In this document: piece after piece, positions 27,383 to 35,958 of the stretch
How positions within the stretch are numbered: position 1 is the first letter of the stretch
Layout of the letters: every line of letters begins with the position of its first letter
Sequence record: MZ574431.2
Length of the DNA: 64,000 nucleotides
Reading direction: 5' to 3' (one strand)
Notes under the pieces: generated by a model
What the model was told of the DNA's origin: nothing
The model's database searches: none
What the model saw: only the letters and a program-made list of their open reading frames with translations
Translations under genes and position numbers: made by a program

Positions 27383-27619
27383 ATGCCTGCGGTCTTGACC
27401 GTCGAAGACGCCCTTCGCCTCCTGGGCGACATGCCCAAGTCGGCGATCCTGGTGATCGGTGGCGAGACCGTGTCGAGCATCACCACTCAGCAAGGCCGCC
27501 GGCGCGAGGGCTATTTCAACGATAGCTTCAAGCCGCATGCCGACGGCCGCGTGACGGCGGTGCGCTTCTGCCAGACCGACGAGTTGTCGACCGGCGAAGT
27601 CTATGAGCGAATCGTCTGA
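27383..27619 (+). CDS. hypothetical protein
   Basis: GAGGA SD. Confidence 0.7.
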   Translation: MPAVLTVEDALRLLGDMPKSAILVIGGETVSSITTQQGRRREGYFNDSFKPHADGRVTAVRFCQTDELSTGEVYERIV

Positions 27620-27834
27620 TGGCCGAGGTCCTGAACGTCGAGTTCCACGTCCTCGACGACGTCGATGACGCCGTGGACTACCTGACCACCCAGGCCGCCG
27701 CCGAAGCCAGGGCTCAAGAACTTTACGAGGCGACCGGCGAGCGACATGTCGTCGAGCAGGTCACCTACTACGCCACCGACCGCGTCGTGCTCGCGGCCTT
27801 TCCGCCCTATCCCGAAGAGGATGAAGACCTGTGA
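27619..27834 (+). CDS. acidic hypothetical protein
   Basis: TGATG coupling. Confidence 0.7.
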   Translation: MAEVLNVEFHVLDDVDDAVDYLTTQAAAEARAQELYEATGERHVVEQVTYYATDRVVLAAFPPYPEEDEDL

Positions 27835-28469
27835 TCAAGGCCCTGGCCTTCCTCTGCGCCCACGGCGAGTTTGTCCGCCTTGAGGTCAACGACCATCGCA
27901 CCTGCTATGAGTCGCCCGAGCGGAACCTTCGCATGCACTCGCTCCTCCCCGAGGAGTGGTGCAACCAGATCGAGCGCGTCCTGATCCAGGCGGCCGTCGA
28001 GAACGAATCGCCCTTGACCACGGTCAAGGTCTGGACCAACCAGCAGCGCAACGTTGACCGCCAACTGACGGTCGGCGCGTCCTTGCCCATGACCTTGGCC
28101 ATGGCGCTCGATCGCCTGCGGGTCTCCGAGGCGAATGTCATGCCCCTGCCGGAGTTGGAGGAGGACGCCTCCGCGCTCTTGGAGCGCTGCATGGCCTATC
28201 TCTTCTCCAACGCCCTCTCCTGGTATCTGGACGTCCAGCCCTTCTGCCCCGAGGACGCCATGCCTCTCGACGCCCTGATCGAGTGCAACATGGCCGCGCC
28301 AGAGGACTGGATCGGCGAGGAGCCGTGGACGCGTGACTACACCGGTCCGTTCCACGCCCTGATCATCTATCCCGACAACCCTGTGGGAAGCTGGTGCTTC
28401 TACGGCCCGTCCGTGCCGGACCTGCTGATCAAGGGCTATCAGACGCTGAAGGAGTATCGCGCCCAATGA
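27831..28469 (+). CDS. hypothetical protein
   Basis: GTGA/ATGA overlaps. Confidence 0.75.
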   Translation: MIKALAFLCAHGEFVRLEVNDHRTCYESPERNLRMHSLLPEEWCNQIERVLIQAAVENESPLTTVKVWTNQQRNVDRQLTVGASLPMTLAMALDRLRVSEANVMPLPELEEDASALLERCMAYLFSNALSWYLDVQPFCPEDAMPLDALIECNMAAPEDWIGEEPWTRDYTGPFHALIIYPDNPVGSWCFYGPSVPDLLIKGYQTLKEYRAQ

Positions 28470-29308
28470 CCGAGACCAAGGACGCCCTGGGCGACCGGAT
28501 GAAGGCCTACGAGAAGGTCGAGACGGGGCGGCGCTTCATGCCCGGTCTGCCGGTGATCGTGCGCCTGGATGGTCACGGCTTCTCGCGCTTCACCAAGGGC
28601 CTTCAAAAACCCTTCGACATGCGCATGGTCGCCGCCATGGCCGAGACCACCAAGGCCTTGGTCGAGAAGACCCATGCACGCCTGGGCTACACCCAGTCCG
28701 ACGAGATCACCCTGGTCTTCATGCCCAAGGATGACATCGAGCAGTATTTCTTCGCCGGCAAGGTCTTCAAGATGAAGTCCGTGCTGGCCGGCCTGTGCTC
28801 GACCCTCTTCTATCGCAACTTCGAGCGCGAGTGGCTCGCCAGAACCGGGGACGCCGCCCACGACCTTACGGCCCTGACCCGCTACCTGGAGCGCAATCCC
28901 CACTTCGATGCGCGCGCCTTCCAGGTGCCCGTCGACTACGAGGCCGCCAACGCCGTCCTCTGGCGCGTCAAAGACGCCGAGCGCAACGCCGTGCAGATGG
29001 CGGCCCAGTCGCTCTACTCGCAAAAGCAGCTTCACAAGCTGTCGACCGAGACCCTGCGCCGCAAGATCGCCGAGGGTGGCCTGGACTTCGACGCCTATCC
29101 TCGCGCCATCCGCAGCGGCAGCTTCTTCCAGTCGGTCACAGAGCTTCGGCCGATCCCGCCCGAGGCGCTGGAGCGGATGAAGGAGAAAGACCGGCCGGCG
29201 GACGGTATGATGCGACGCGCCTCGGTCCAGGAAGTGGCCGCCGAAGGTCCGGTCGCCTACCGAACGGTCGCCGATCTCCTGGGCATCGTGCCGGTGATGG
29301 ACGTCTGA
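28466..29308 (+). CDS. thg1: tRNA(His) guanylyltransferase Thg1-like protein (3'-5' polymerase)
   Basis: RMKAYE...IVRLDGHGFSRFT...KPFD...GYTQSDEITL...FDARAFQVP...WRVKDAERN signature. Confidence 0.92.
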   Translation: MTETKDALGDRMKAYEKVETGRRFMPGLPVIVRLDGHGFSRFTKGLQKPFDMRMVAAMAETTKALVEKTHARLGYTQSDEITLVFMPKDDIEQYFFAGKVFKMKSVLAGLCSTLFYRNFEREWLARTGDAAHDLTALTRYLERNPHFDARAFQVPVDYEAANAVLWRVKDAERNAVQMAAQSLYSQKQLHKLSTETLRRKIAEGGLDFDAYPRAIRSGSFFQSVTELRPIPPEALERMKEKDRPADGMMRRASVQEVAAEGPVAYRTVADLLGIVPVMDV

Positions 29309-29649
29309 TGTACCTGCTCAATGACGTCAAGGACCAGAAGGGCAGCACGACTGTCCTTCTCGTCAAGGAGAAGACCTTCGATCACGTCGTGGGTTACCAT
29401 GTCTCGGCGGACGGGACGGTGTCGGAGCAGACCTACGGCGCGCGCCGCGTCAATTGGATCGCCTTCTTTGACACCTTCGAGGAGGTCAAGGCTGCTCGCA
29501 AGGCGGCGATGGAGGCCTTCAAAGCCCACGACAAGGCCATGGAGAAGGCCCGCAAGGTTCTCCGTGACGCCACCAATGATCGCAAGTCCGCCTGGACGAA
29601 CGCCATCCTGGCCTCGCCCGGCGCCCAGCCCGTGAAGGCCGGCCTATGA
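29308..29649 (+). CDS. hypothetical protein
   Basis: TGATG coupling. Confidence 0.7.
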   Translation: MYLLNDVKDQKGSTTVLLVKEKTFDHVVGYHVSADGTVSEQTYGARRVNWIAFFDTFEEVKAARKAAMEAFKAHDKAMEKARKVLRDATNDRKSAWTNAILASPGAQPVKAGL

Positions 29650-30215
29650 GTAAGACCCTCGTCCAGGTGATGGAGCGCAAGGACGGCGTCATCCGCTATT
29701 TCGTCTGCGTCGACGGCAAGAGCGCGCCGCGTGTGCCGCACGACGACGTCGAAAAAGCCCTGCGCGAAGCCAAGCGTCTGGCCCGTAAGAGCCGCAAGAC
29801 CGCGCGCATCTTCATGCAGATCGGCGCGGTCTTTCCGACCCAGCGCGGTATCCTGGTCGCCAACTTCGGTCAGGGCCAGTGGTACACCGAGCAGAACGAC
29901 GAGGATCGCCGTGTCTGCGCCCAGGCCATCCTGGAGAAGCTGGCCCCTAAGATCAGGGCCAAGCTGGGGTCGGCGCCCTGGGACGTGTTCGACGAAGAAG
30001 GCTATCCGCTCCAACGTCCGCCCAAGACCGATCTGCCGCCCAAGGGCTCGCTTCACTACTGGGCGCCCGCCGACAAGATCAACGAGGTCTATGCGGCGCT
30101 GTGGGGCAACCAGAAGGCCGTTCTCCGCGTCGTGGCCATGCACTTTGGCTGGACGATTGGCGAGGCCTATGTCGCCACCGAAGACTGGTTTCGCTCGACG
30201 AGAAACTATAACTGA
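29646..30215 (+). CDS. hypothetical protein
   Basis: ATGA overlap. Confidence 0.75.
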   Translation: MSKTLVQVMERKDGVIRYFVCVDGKSAPRVPHDDVEKALREAKRLARKSRKTARIFMQIGAVFPTQRGILVANFGQGQWYTEQNDEDRRVCAQAILEKLAPKIRAKLGSAPWDVFDEEGYPLQRPPKTDLPPKGSLHYWAPADKINEVYAALWGNQKAVLRVVAMHFGWTIGEAYVATEDWFRSTRNYN

Positions 30216-30221
30216 TCATTC

Positions 30222-30263
30222 TGCAAGATAACGGTTGACAGCATAGCGTGGGCCGCCTACCCA
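30222..30263 (+). promoter_or_regulatory. conserved phage promoter heading the NAD salvage operon
   Basis: TGCAAGATAACGG-TTGACA-17-TACCCA; TGACA...TGTCA flanking repeat. Confidence 0.75.
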
Positions 30264-30294
30264 TGTCACGACCACTTTCACCAAGGGAGTTCCC

Positions 30295-30888
30295 GTGACC
30301 GACAAGACCCTGCCCCCGCCGCCCCACGTCGCCGAAGATGACCAGTTCGAGGAACTGGCGCGGGTGTGGGTGCGCCGCGATGCGGCTCCCACCGACGGCG
30401 AGAGCCAGATCAGCCTGGGCGTCACGCTCAGCGATCGCGCCAGCTTCCACGAAGTCATGGGCCTGCTGAGCGCGGTCGCCACCGGCTACATCATCCAGCA
30501 GCCCGAAGTCGCCGCCGCCTCGGGCGAGATCAAGGACTACCTGATCGCCCAGGGCACCCAGCAACTGCTGGAGCAGACCGTCGAGGCCGCCAGCCCGCTG
30601 CGGCCCCAGCATCTCCCCGCGCCGGACGAACTGCTCTACGAGCCCGGTTCGGTCAACATCGCCAGCCTCTGGATCGATCCTTCGCAGGAAGGCACCCACA
30701 CCATCTTCGCCGGCGAGCCCCAGAAGCTTGGGGCCAAGACGCTCGGCGGCCTCCTGGCGACGATGCTGCTCGAAGCCGGGCGCAACGCCGACGGCACCTT
30801 CAACGTCGACTTCATCGAGGGCCTGCAAACCTCGATCGCCACGACGACCAAGGCGTATCTGGCCCAAGAGGGTCAACCCACGCAATGA
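30295..30888 (+). CDS. hypothetical protein with two related halves (DUF5076-like)
   Basis: LPPPPHVAED...ELARVWV versus LPAPDELLYE...NIASLWI; GGGAG SD. Family name recalled, not searched. Confidence 0.6.
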   Translation: MTDKTLPPPPHVAEDDQFEELARVWVRRDAAPTDGESQISLGVTLSDRASFHEVMGLLSAVATGYIIQQPEVAAASGEIKDYLIAQGTQQLLEQTVEAASPLRPQHLPAPDELLYEPGSVNIASLWIDPSQEGTHTIFAGEPQKLGAKTLGGLLATMLLEAGRNADGTFNVDFIEGLQTSIATTTKAYLAQEGQPTQ

Positions 30889-31571
30889 TGCGCAAGGCTC
30901 TACTGTTCTCGTCCGCCCTGGCCGCCATCCTGGCCTTGGCCACCAGCACCGAAGCCGGCGAGATCGCCGGCTCGGTCACCCTGACCTCCGCCTACATCTC
31001 ACGGGGCACCGACCAGAACGTCCTCAACGGCGCGGCCGTCCAGGGCTTCGTGACCTACGCCAAGGGTCCATTCTACGTCAGCGCCTTCGCCTCGACCATG
31101 AACTATGGCGAGGGCACGACCAAGGAACTCGACTTCTTCGGCGGCGTCCGCAAGAGCTACGGTCCTTGGACGGTCGACGTCGGTTTCGCCAACATCAACT
31201 ATCCCGACAACCACACGCCGCTGAACTTCGTCGAGTACGATCTGAAGATCGATCGCGCGGTCGGCAAGGGCAACGTCGGCGTCTGGCTCGGCTACACCGA
31301 CGCCTACTTCAACACCTATGGCCAGGGCGTCTGGACCGAGGCCCATGTCAGCTACCCGATCACCAGCACGGTGTCGATCAGCGGCGCGGTCGCCAACCAG
31401 GACCTGCCCAACAACTTCGACTACCGGACCTGGAACGTCGGCGTCACCAAGGCCTTCGCCCATGGCGTCTCGGCCGATCTGCGCTATAGCGACACCGATC
31501 GCCACGACCTGGACCCGCGCTGGAACACCTACGGCGCGCGGACCTCGCTGACCCTGTCCAAGAGCTTCTGA
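30885..31571 (+). CDS. TorF/TIGR02001-family outer-membrane beta-barrel (putative porin)
   Basis: Sec signal (MMRKALLFSSALAAILALATSTEA), GSVTLTSAYISRG.DQ, ELDFFGG, YSDTD, C-terminal Phe. Confidence 0.85.
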   Translation: MMRKALLFSSALAAILALATSTEAGEIAGSVTLTSAYISRGTDQNVLNGAAVQGFVTYAKGPFYVSAFASTMNYGEGTTKELDFFGGVRKSYGPWTVDVGFANINYPDNHTPLNFVEYDLKIDRAVGKGNVGVWLGYTDAYFNTYGQGVWTEAHVSYPITSTVSISGAVANQDLPNNFDYRTWNVGVTKAFAHGVSADLRYSDTDRHDLDPRWNTYGARTSLTLSKSF

Positions 31572-31582
31572 AGGGGGAGCCG

Positions 31583-32218
31583 ATGAGCCTGCTTGAAATC
31601 CTCGCCACCGCCGTGACGGTCGCCTGCGTCCTACTGGCCGTCAAGCGTTCGACGTGGCAGTACCCGGTCGGGATCGTCGGTACGATCCTGTTCTTCTTCG
31701 TCTTCCAAGGCGCCAAGCTCTACGCCAGCGCCATGCTCCAGGTGTTCTTCACCCTCGTCCAGGTCTACGGCTGGTGGTACTGGACGCGCGGCGATCGAGG
31801 CAAGTCGCCGCCGATCACCTCCTGGAGCCCGGCCTTCACCGGGGCGATCGTGGTTGCCGGCCTCGTGGTGGGCGTGGTGCTGAGCATGATTCTCAACGCC
31901 TTCACCGACGCCAAGGTGGCGCTCTGGGACTCGGCGATCTTTGGCCTGTCCATGGCCGCTCAGTTCCTGCTCGACCGCAAGAAGCTGGAGAACTGGACCG
32001 TCTGGGGTCTGGTCAACATCATCTCGGTCTTCGTCTACTGGCAGCAAGGCCTGACCGTCGCGGCGATCCTCTATGCCGGCCTGTTCGTCAACGCCTTCTG
32101 GGGCCACTATGAGTGGGCCAAGGCCAAGCGCGCCCAGAAGATCGTCTGGGACGCCGAGGCCCAGAAGTACCCGGCCGCGCCCATCCATGAACCGAAGCCT
32201 GGGGACCTGCTGACTTGA
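31583..32218 (+). CDS. pnuC: nicotinamide riboside transporter PnuC
   Basis: YGWWYW, WDS...S..AQFLL.RKKLENW..W motifs; multi-TM. Confidence 0.92.
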   Translation: MSLLEILATAVTVACVLLAVKRSTWQYPVGIVGTILFFFVFQGAKLYASAMLQVFFTLVQVYGWWYWTRGDRGKSPPITSWSPAFTGAIVVAGLVVGVVLSMILNAFTDAKVALWDSAIFGLSMAAQFLLDRKKLENWTVWGLVNIISVFVYWQQGLTVAAILYAGLFVNAFWGHYEWAKAKRAQKIVWDAEAQKYPAAPIHEPKPGDLLT

Positions 32219-33258
32219 ACCACGCCGTCGAAGTCCCCGCCCATCCCTTCGAAGCCAAGCCCGAGCGCGGCTTTGTCCTGGGCAAGTTCATGCCGCCGAC
32301 CGAGGGCCATCGGTTCCTCTGCGAGTTCGCCAGAGAGTACGTGCAGAAGCTGACCATCCTGGTCTGCTCGATGCCCGATGAGCCCATCGACGGCTTCCTG
32401 CGCTTCCAGTGGATGCGCGAGATGTTCCCGGACTGCAATGTCCAGTGGTGTCAGGAAATCCTGCCCCAGGAACCCGTCGGCGAGGACCCGGAGTTCTGGT
32501 CGACCTGGGCCGGCGTCATCCAGAAGTACGGCAGCCGCTACGGCGAGCCTTATCGCCCCGATGTCGTCTTCGCCTCGGAGACCTATGGTCACAAGCTGGC
32601 CGCCAGCGTCGGCGCGCGGTTCGTGCCCTGCGACATCAGTCGCACCGCGCGCGACATCTCCGCGACCCGCATCCGCGCCCAGCCCCTGGCCAACTGGTCC
32701 TACATCCCCAACGTCGTGCGCCCGCACTTCGTCAAGCGGGTGACCATGTTCGGCCCCGAAAGCAGCGGCAAGTCGACCCTGGCGACCGCGCTCGGCAAGG
32801 TCTTCGACACCATCGTCGTGCCCGAGTATGGTCGCACCTATACCGAGCAGTTCGGAGCCGACGTCGGCGCCGAGGACCTGATCCGCATCGTCCAGGGTCA
32901 CCGCGCCAGCGTGGCGGCGGCCAAGCGCCAAGCCAACCGCATCATGTTCGAGGACACCGACCCGATCATGAGCGCGGTCTGGGCCGACATGCTGGGCGTC
33001 GCGCGCGACCCCTGGTTCGACAGCTTTGACGACAAGGCCGACCTTTATCTGCTGTGCGGCGTCGACATCCCCTGGGAAGACGACGGGACGCGCTACTTCC
33101 CCAGGCAGTCCGACCGCGAGCGCTTCTATGATCTCTGCAAGGCGGAACTCGAACGGCGCGGCTGCCGCTACATCGAGATCAGCGGGTCCATGCTGGAGCG
33201 CCGGGTCCAGGCGATCGCGGCAGTGACCAAAACCTTTGGCATCGAGGTGGCGATTTGA
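32215..33258 (+). CDS. nadR: NadR-type NMN adenylyltransferase / ribosylnicotinamide kinase
   Basis: GKFMPPTEGH (T/HxGH), ISATRIR, Walker A GPESSGKS, PEYGR, DIPWEDDGTR. Confidence 0.92.
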   Translation: MNHAVEVPAHPFEAKPERGFVLGKFMPPTEGHRFLCEFAREYVQKLTILVCSMPDEPIDGFLRFQWMREMFPDCNVQWCQEILPQEPVGEDPEFWSTWAGVIQKYGSRYGEPYRPDVVFASETYGHKLAASVGARFVPCDISRTARDISATRIRAQPLANWSYIPNVVRPHFVKRVTMFGPESSGKSTLATALGKVFDTIVVPEYGRTYTEQFGADVGAEDLIRIVQGHRASVAAAKRQANRIMFEDTDPIMSAVWADMLGVARDPWFDSFDDKADLYLLCGVDIPWEDDGTRYFPRQSDRERFYDLCKAELERRGCRYIEISGSMLERRVQAIAAVTKTFGIEVAI

Positions 33259-33641
33259 GTACCTTCACCTATCTGGGCATCCCCTACACCTCCAAGAACC
33301 CCGACCCGGTCGCGGCCGAAGCCGAACGCGCCGCGCGCATGGTCGAGTTCTGGAAGGGCTGCGCGTTCCTGATCGAGCGGGGCGACAATGTCGTCTCGCC
33401 CATGACCCTGGAGCCGGCCCTGACGGTCGTGCCCGACATCCCCTACGATTGGCCGTTCTGGCAGCACTATTCTCGCCGGATGCTGGCCACCTGCACACGT
33501 CTGGTGGTGATGACGCTGCCGGGCTGGGAAGTCTCCTCGGGCATTGCCGGTGAGATCGAGGAAGCCGAACGCCTGGGCCTGGAGATCGAGTATCTGGCGC
33601 CCGAAGCTGTGGACGCCTGGGTCGCCGGGCGGCAGGCTTAG
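33255..33641 (+). CDS. DUF1937-like protein (nucleoside deoxyribosyltransferase-like fold)
   Basis: YLGIPYT...VVSP...LVVMTLPGWEVSSGIAGEIEEA. Confidence 0.8.
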   Translation: MSTFTYLGIPYTSKNPDPVAAEAERAARMVEFWKGCAFLIERGDNVVSPMTLEPALTVVPDIPYDWPFWQHYSRRMLATCTRLVVMTLPGWEVSSGIAGEIEEAERLGLEIEYLAPEAVDAWVAGRQA

Positions 33642-33648
33642 TTTCCCC

Positions 33649-33696
33649 TTGCGCCGTGTCGCCGATGGTGTACTGATGACGCCAACAGTGACACGG
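33649..33696 (+). promoter_or_regulatory. putative promoter with anti-SD arm
   Basis: TTGCGC-16-TACTGA; CCGTGTC/GACACGG covers the GGGG SD region; lacks the upstream motif. Confidence 0.45.
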
Positions 33697-33704
33697 GGTC
33701 GTAG

Positions 33705-33950
33705 ATGCAAGATTCGGTCAAGGACGATCCGTTCGGCGACGACCACGGCTTCCTCATGTATGTGGACGCCCACTGCCGCACGCCGCGCTGCCTCTTCCAC
33801 ATCGACCATATCGAGCGCTTCGCCAAGCTGGCCGGCGGGGAGATCAATCGCGCGGACTGGCGCGGGGAATGGTTTTCGATGGACCAGGAGTTCTGCGAGC
33901 CGTTCCTGAAGCGCGCCTTCGCGCGCCTGTCGGTAGCGGAGCCGGCCTGA
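33705..33950 (+). CDS. hypothetical protein
   Basis: Packed. Confidence 0.7.
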   Translation: MQDSVKDDPFGDDHGFLMYVDAHCRTPRCLFHIDHIERFAKLAGGEINRADWRGEWFSMDQEFCEPFLKRAFARLSVAEPA

Positions 33951-34381
33951 TGGCGTTCGGGACCCTTGAGGGCGAGCGCTGTTGGCGGAACGGATGCGAC
34001 GGCGTGATCGAGGCGCCGGCGGCCGAAAACTGCACCTGCTTCCAACGCCCGCCCTGCAACGCCTGCGTCACCCCGCGAGAGGTCTGTCTGACCTGCGGGT
34101 GGATCGCCGCCGAGGAGGGCGAGCCGCTCAATGGCTTCCTGGTCCACTACAACGAGGACCGCACGGTCCTCACCGACTGCAAGCCCAGGCCGCTGGACCC
34201 GCGCAAGATCGATTGGCGCTCGCGGTCTCACTCCAATGCCTCCATGATCAAGGAGGGTGTCTTCCCGCCCGGCCTCTCGCGAGAGGACGTCGAAAAAGCC
34301 GTCGCGGGAACCTTCGGCGGCCGGTTTGTCCATTTCGATCCCGTGGCCGGCGCCTTCAAGTACATCGCCTACACCGATTAA
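33950..34381 (+). CDS. Cys-rich hypothetical protein
   Basis: C..GC...CTCF.RPPCNAC...C..CGW. Confidence 0.75.
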   Translation: MAFGTLEGERCWRNGCDGVIEAPAAENCTCFQRPPCNACVTPREVCLTCGWIAAEEGEPLNGFLVHYNEDRTVLTDCKPRPLDPRKIDWRSRSHSNASMIKEGVFPPGLSREDVEKAVAGTFGGRFVHFDPVAGAFKYIAYTD

Positions 34382-34388
34382 GAGACCC

Positions 34389-34589
34389 ATGACCCACCGT
34401 GACGCCACGCCCGCCGACTTCGAGGGCAAGAAGATCATCCTGGCCGAAGTCGACGCCATCAACGTCTGGCGGCTGCACTTCGACGACGGGACTAACGTCA
34501 CCGTCGAACTCACCTATTTTGGTCCGCTGCTAGGTTACGGCATGGCGGTATGCGAGTGCGATCAACCCGTCCCGGAGCTAGTGCCTTGA
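34389..34589 (+). CDS. hypothetical protein
   Basis: AGAG SD; packed. Confidence 0.65.
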   Translation: MTHRDATPADFEGKKIILAEVDAINVWRLHFDDGTNVTVELTYFGPLLGYGMAVCECDQPVPELVP

Positions 34590-34948
34590 CCCCGGAAAGC
34601 ATCGATCATCCCACGCGAGGCCCGCTGACCCGGATCGGCTTCTACGTCTATGGTGGGGAGGTGGACGATCCCAGCCTGCCTCTGCCCGACGATGGCTCGC
34701 AGGTGACGCCGGCGCTCTTTCGCGCCCAGACCTTCGTGGTGATCGGCGGCTATACCTCCTACAAGGGGGCCTACGACGCCTGGAAGGCCAAGGCCTGGGC
34801 GACGGTCGACAATGCCCACGCCCGTTACCGGATCGCCGAAGTCTACGCCGAGGACCTTCCGCCGCTGCGGTCCGATCAAGGGCTTCTGCCGGGCACGATC
34901 AGCAACAAGATCGTCAGTCTCGCCTACCAGATGGGAGGCCGGTCCTGA
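34586..34948 (+). CDS. DUF4170 family protein
   Basis: YVYGGE...AYDAWKAKAWATVDNAHARY signature. Confidence 0.8.
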   Translation: MTPESIDHPTRGPLTRIGFYVYGGEVDDPSLPLPDDGSQVTPALFRAQTFVVIGGYTSYKGAYDAWKAKAWATVDNAHARYRIAEVYAEDLPPLRSDQGLLPGTISNKIVSLAYQMGGRS

Positions 34949-35142
34949 TGGACGTCAATCTCATCGAAATCTCGCTCGACATGACCGTGCGCGAGCTTCT
35001 GCTACAAGCCCGCCGCGCGCTGGACGAGTCGGGCGCGTCCGACGACATCATCGGTGACGTCGATGCGGCCCTGAAGGCCGGCACTGTCCGCCTAACGGCG
35101 GCCGAAGTCGACGCCCTCGCCACCCTGCAAATTCTCATCTGA
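34948..35142 (+). CDS. hypothetical protein
   Basis: GGAGG SD, TGATG coupling. Confidence 0.7.
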   Translation: MDVNLIEISLDMTVRELLLQARRALDESGASDDIIGDVDAALKAGTVRLTAAEVDALATLQILI

Positions 35143-35154
35143 GAGAGCTAGACC

Positions 35155-35952
35155 ATGATCCAGTCCATCCAACTCGCTGATGTCGATCGCCTCGAAAAGC
35201 TTGTCGAGATGATGCGCAACGGCAACAAGATTCCGTTCGTCACCGAATCGGCCATCGCCCTGGCGCGCAAGATCGCACCGACCGAGATCGTCAACACCAT
35301 CTTCACCGATCCCGACCGCGCCCTCGCCGCCGGCTACAACCTGCTGCCGGGCGCGACGATCGTCATCGACGGCAAGAAGGGCTTCTTGGGCATCGGCGCC
35401 GAGACCAATGTCGAACTAGTCCATGAAGGACATACCTACCGGACGACCCTGAAGTCGCGTGACCACGCCGTGGCCATCTGGTCGGCGGTCCTGCGCGCGC
35501 TGCGCGTCGCCGTCATCCGCTCGATGGAGCAGGAAGAACCCCAGGCGCCAGTCAAGCCGCCGGCGGTCAAAAAGCCGCGTGCGGCGAAGGCCCCCAAGGC
35601 CGAGGCCCCGGCGGCGGAAACCGCCGAACCCGCGCCGGCCCTGGAAGCCGATAAGCCCGCCAAGCGCACCCGCAAGGACGCCCAGAGAAAAAAGCCCTCG
35701 CCCGCCGCCGAAAGCGGCGGAGATACGGCGACCTCTTCTAACGAAGGTCTCGTGGGCGCGGTCGACGATCAAAAGCCGAACACCAAGCGCGTCGTCGGCG
35801 AAGGCAAGACGGCCAAGGCGCCCAAGGAACGCTCCTCGTCTGGCTCGCTGCGTCCGGTCGGCTTCAAGCCCCAGGCGGTCGGTCGAGACGCCTCCACGAC
35901 CTCGGGACCGAAGGCGCCGCGCCTGTCGGCCAAGGACCTCTCGCGTCGCTGA
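35155..35952 (+). CDS. hypothetical protein with K/A/P-rich disordered C-terminal half
   Basis: KPPAVKKPRAAKAPKAEAPAA... low complexity. Confidence 0.75.
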   Translation: MIQSIQLADVDRLEKLVEMMRNGNKIPFVTESAIALARKIAPTEIVNTIFTDPDRALAAGYNLLPGATIVIDGKKGFLGIGAETNVELVHEGHTYRTTLKSRDHAVAIWSAVLRALRVAVIRSMEQEEPQAPVKPPAVKKPRAAKAPKAEAPAAETAEPAPALEADKPAKRTRKDAQRKKPSPAAESGGDTATSSNEGLVGAVDDQKPNTKRVVGEGKTAKAPKERSSSGSLRPVGFKPQAVGRDASTTSGPKAPRLSAKDLSRR

Positions 35953-35958
35953 TCGCCC

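Noticed and set aside
30366-30884. N-terminal extension of the porin ORF
   Set aside because: Overlaps gene 30295-30888; the signal peptide begins at ATG 30885.
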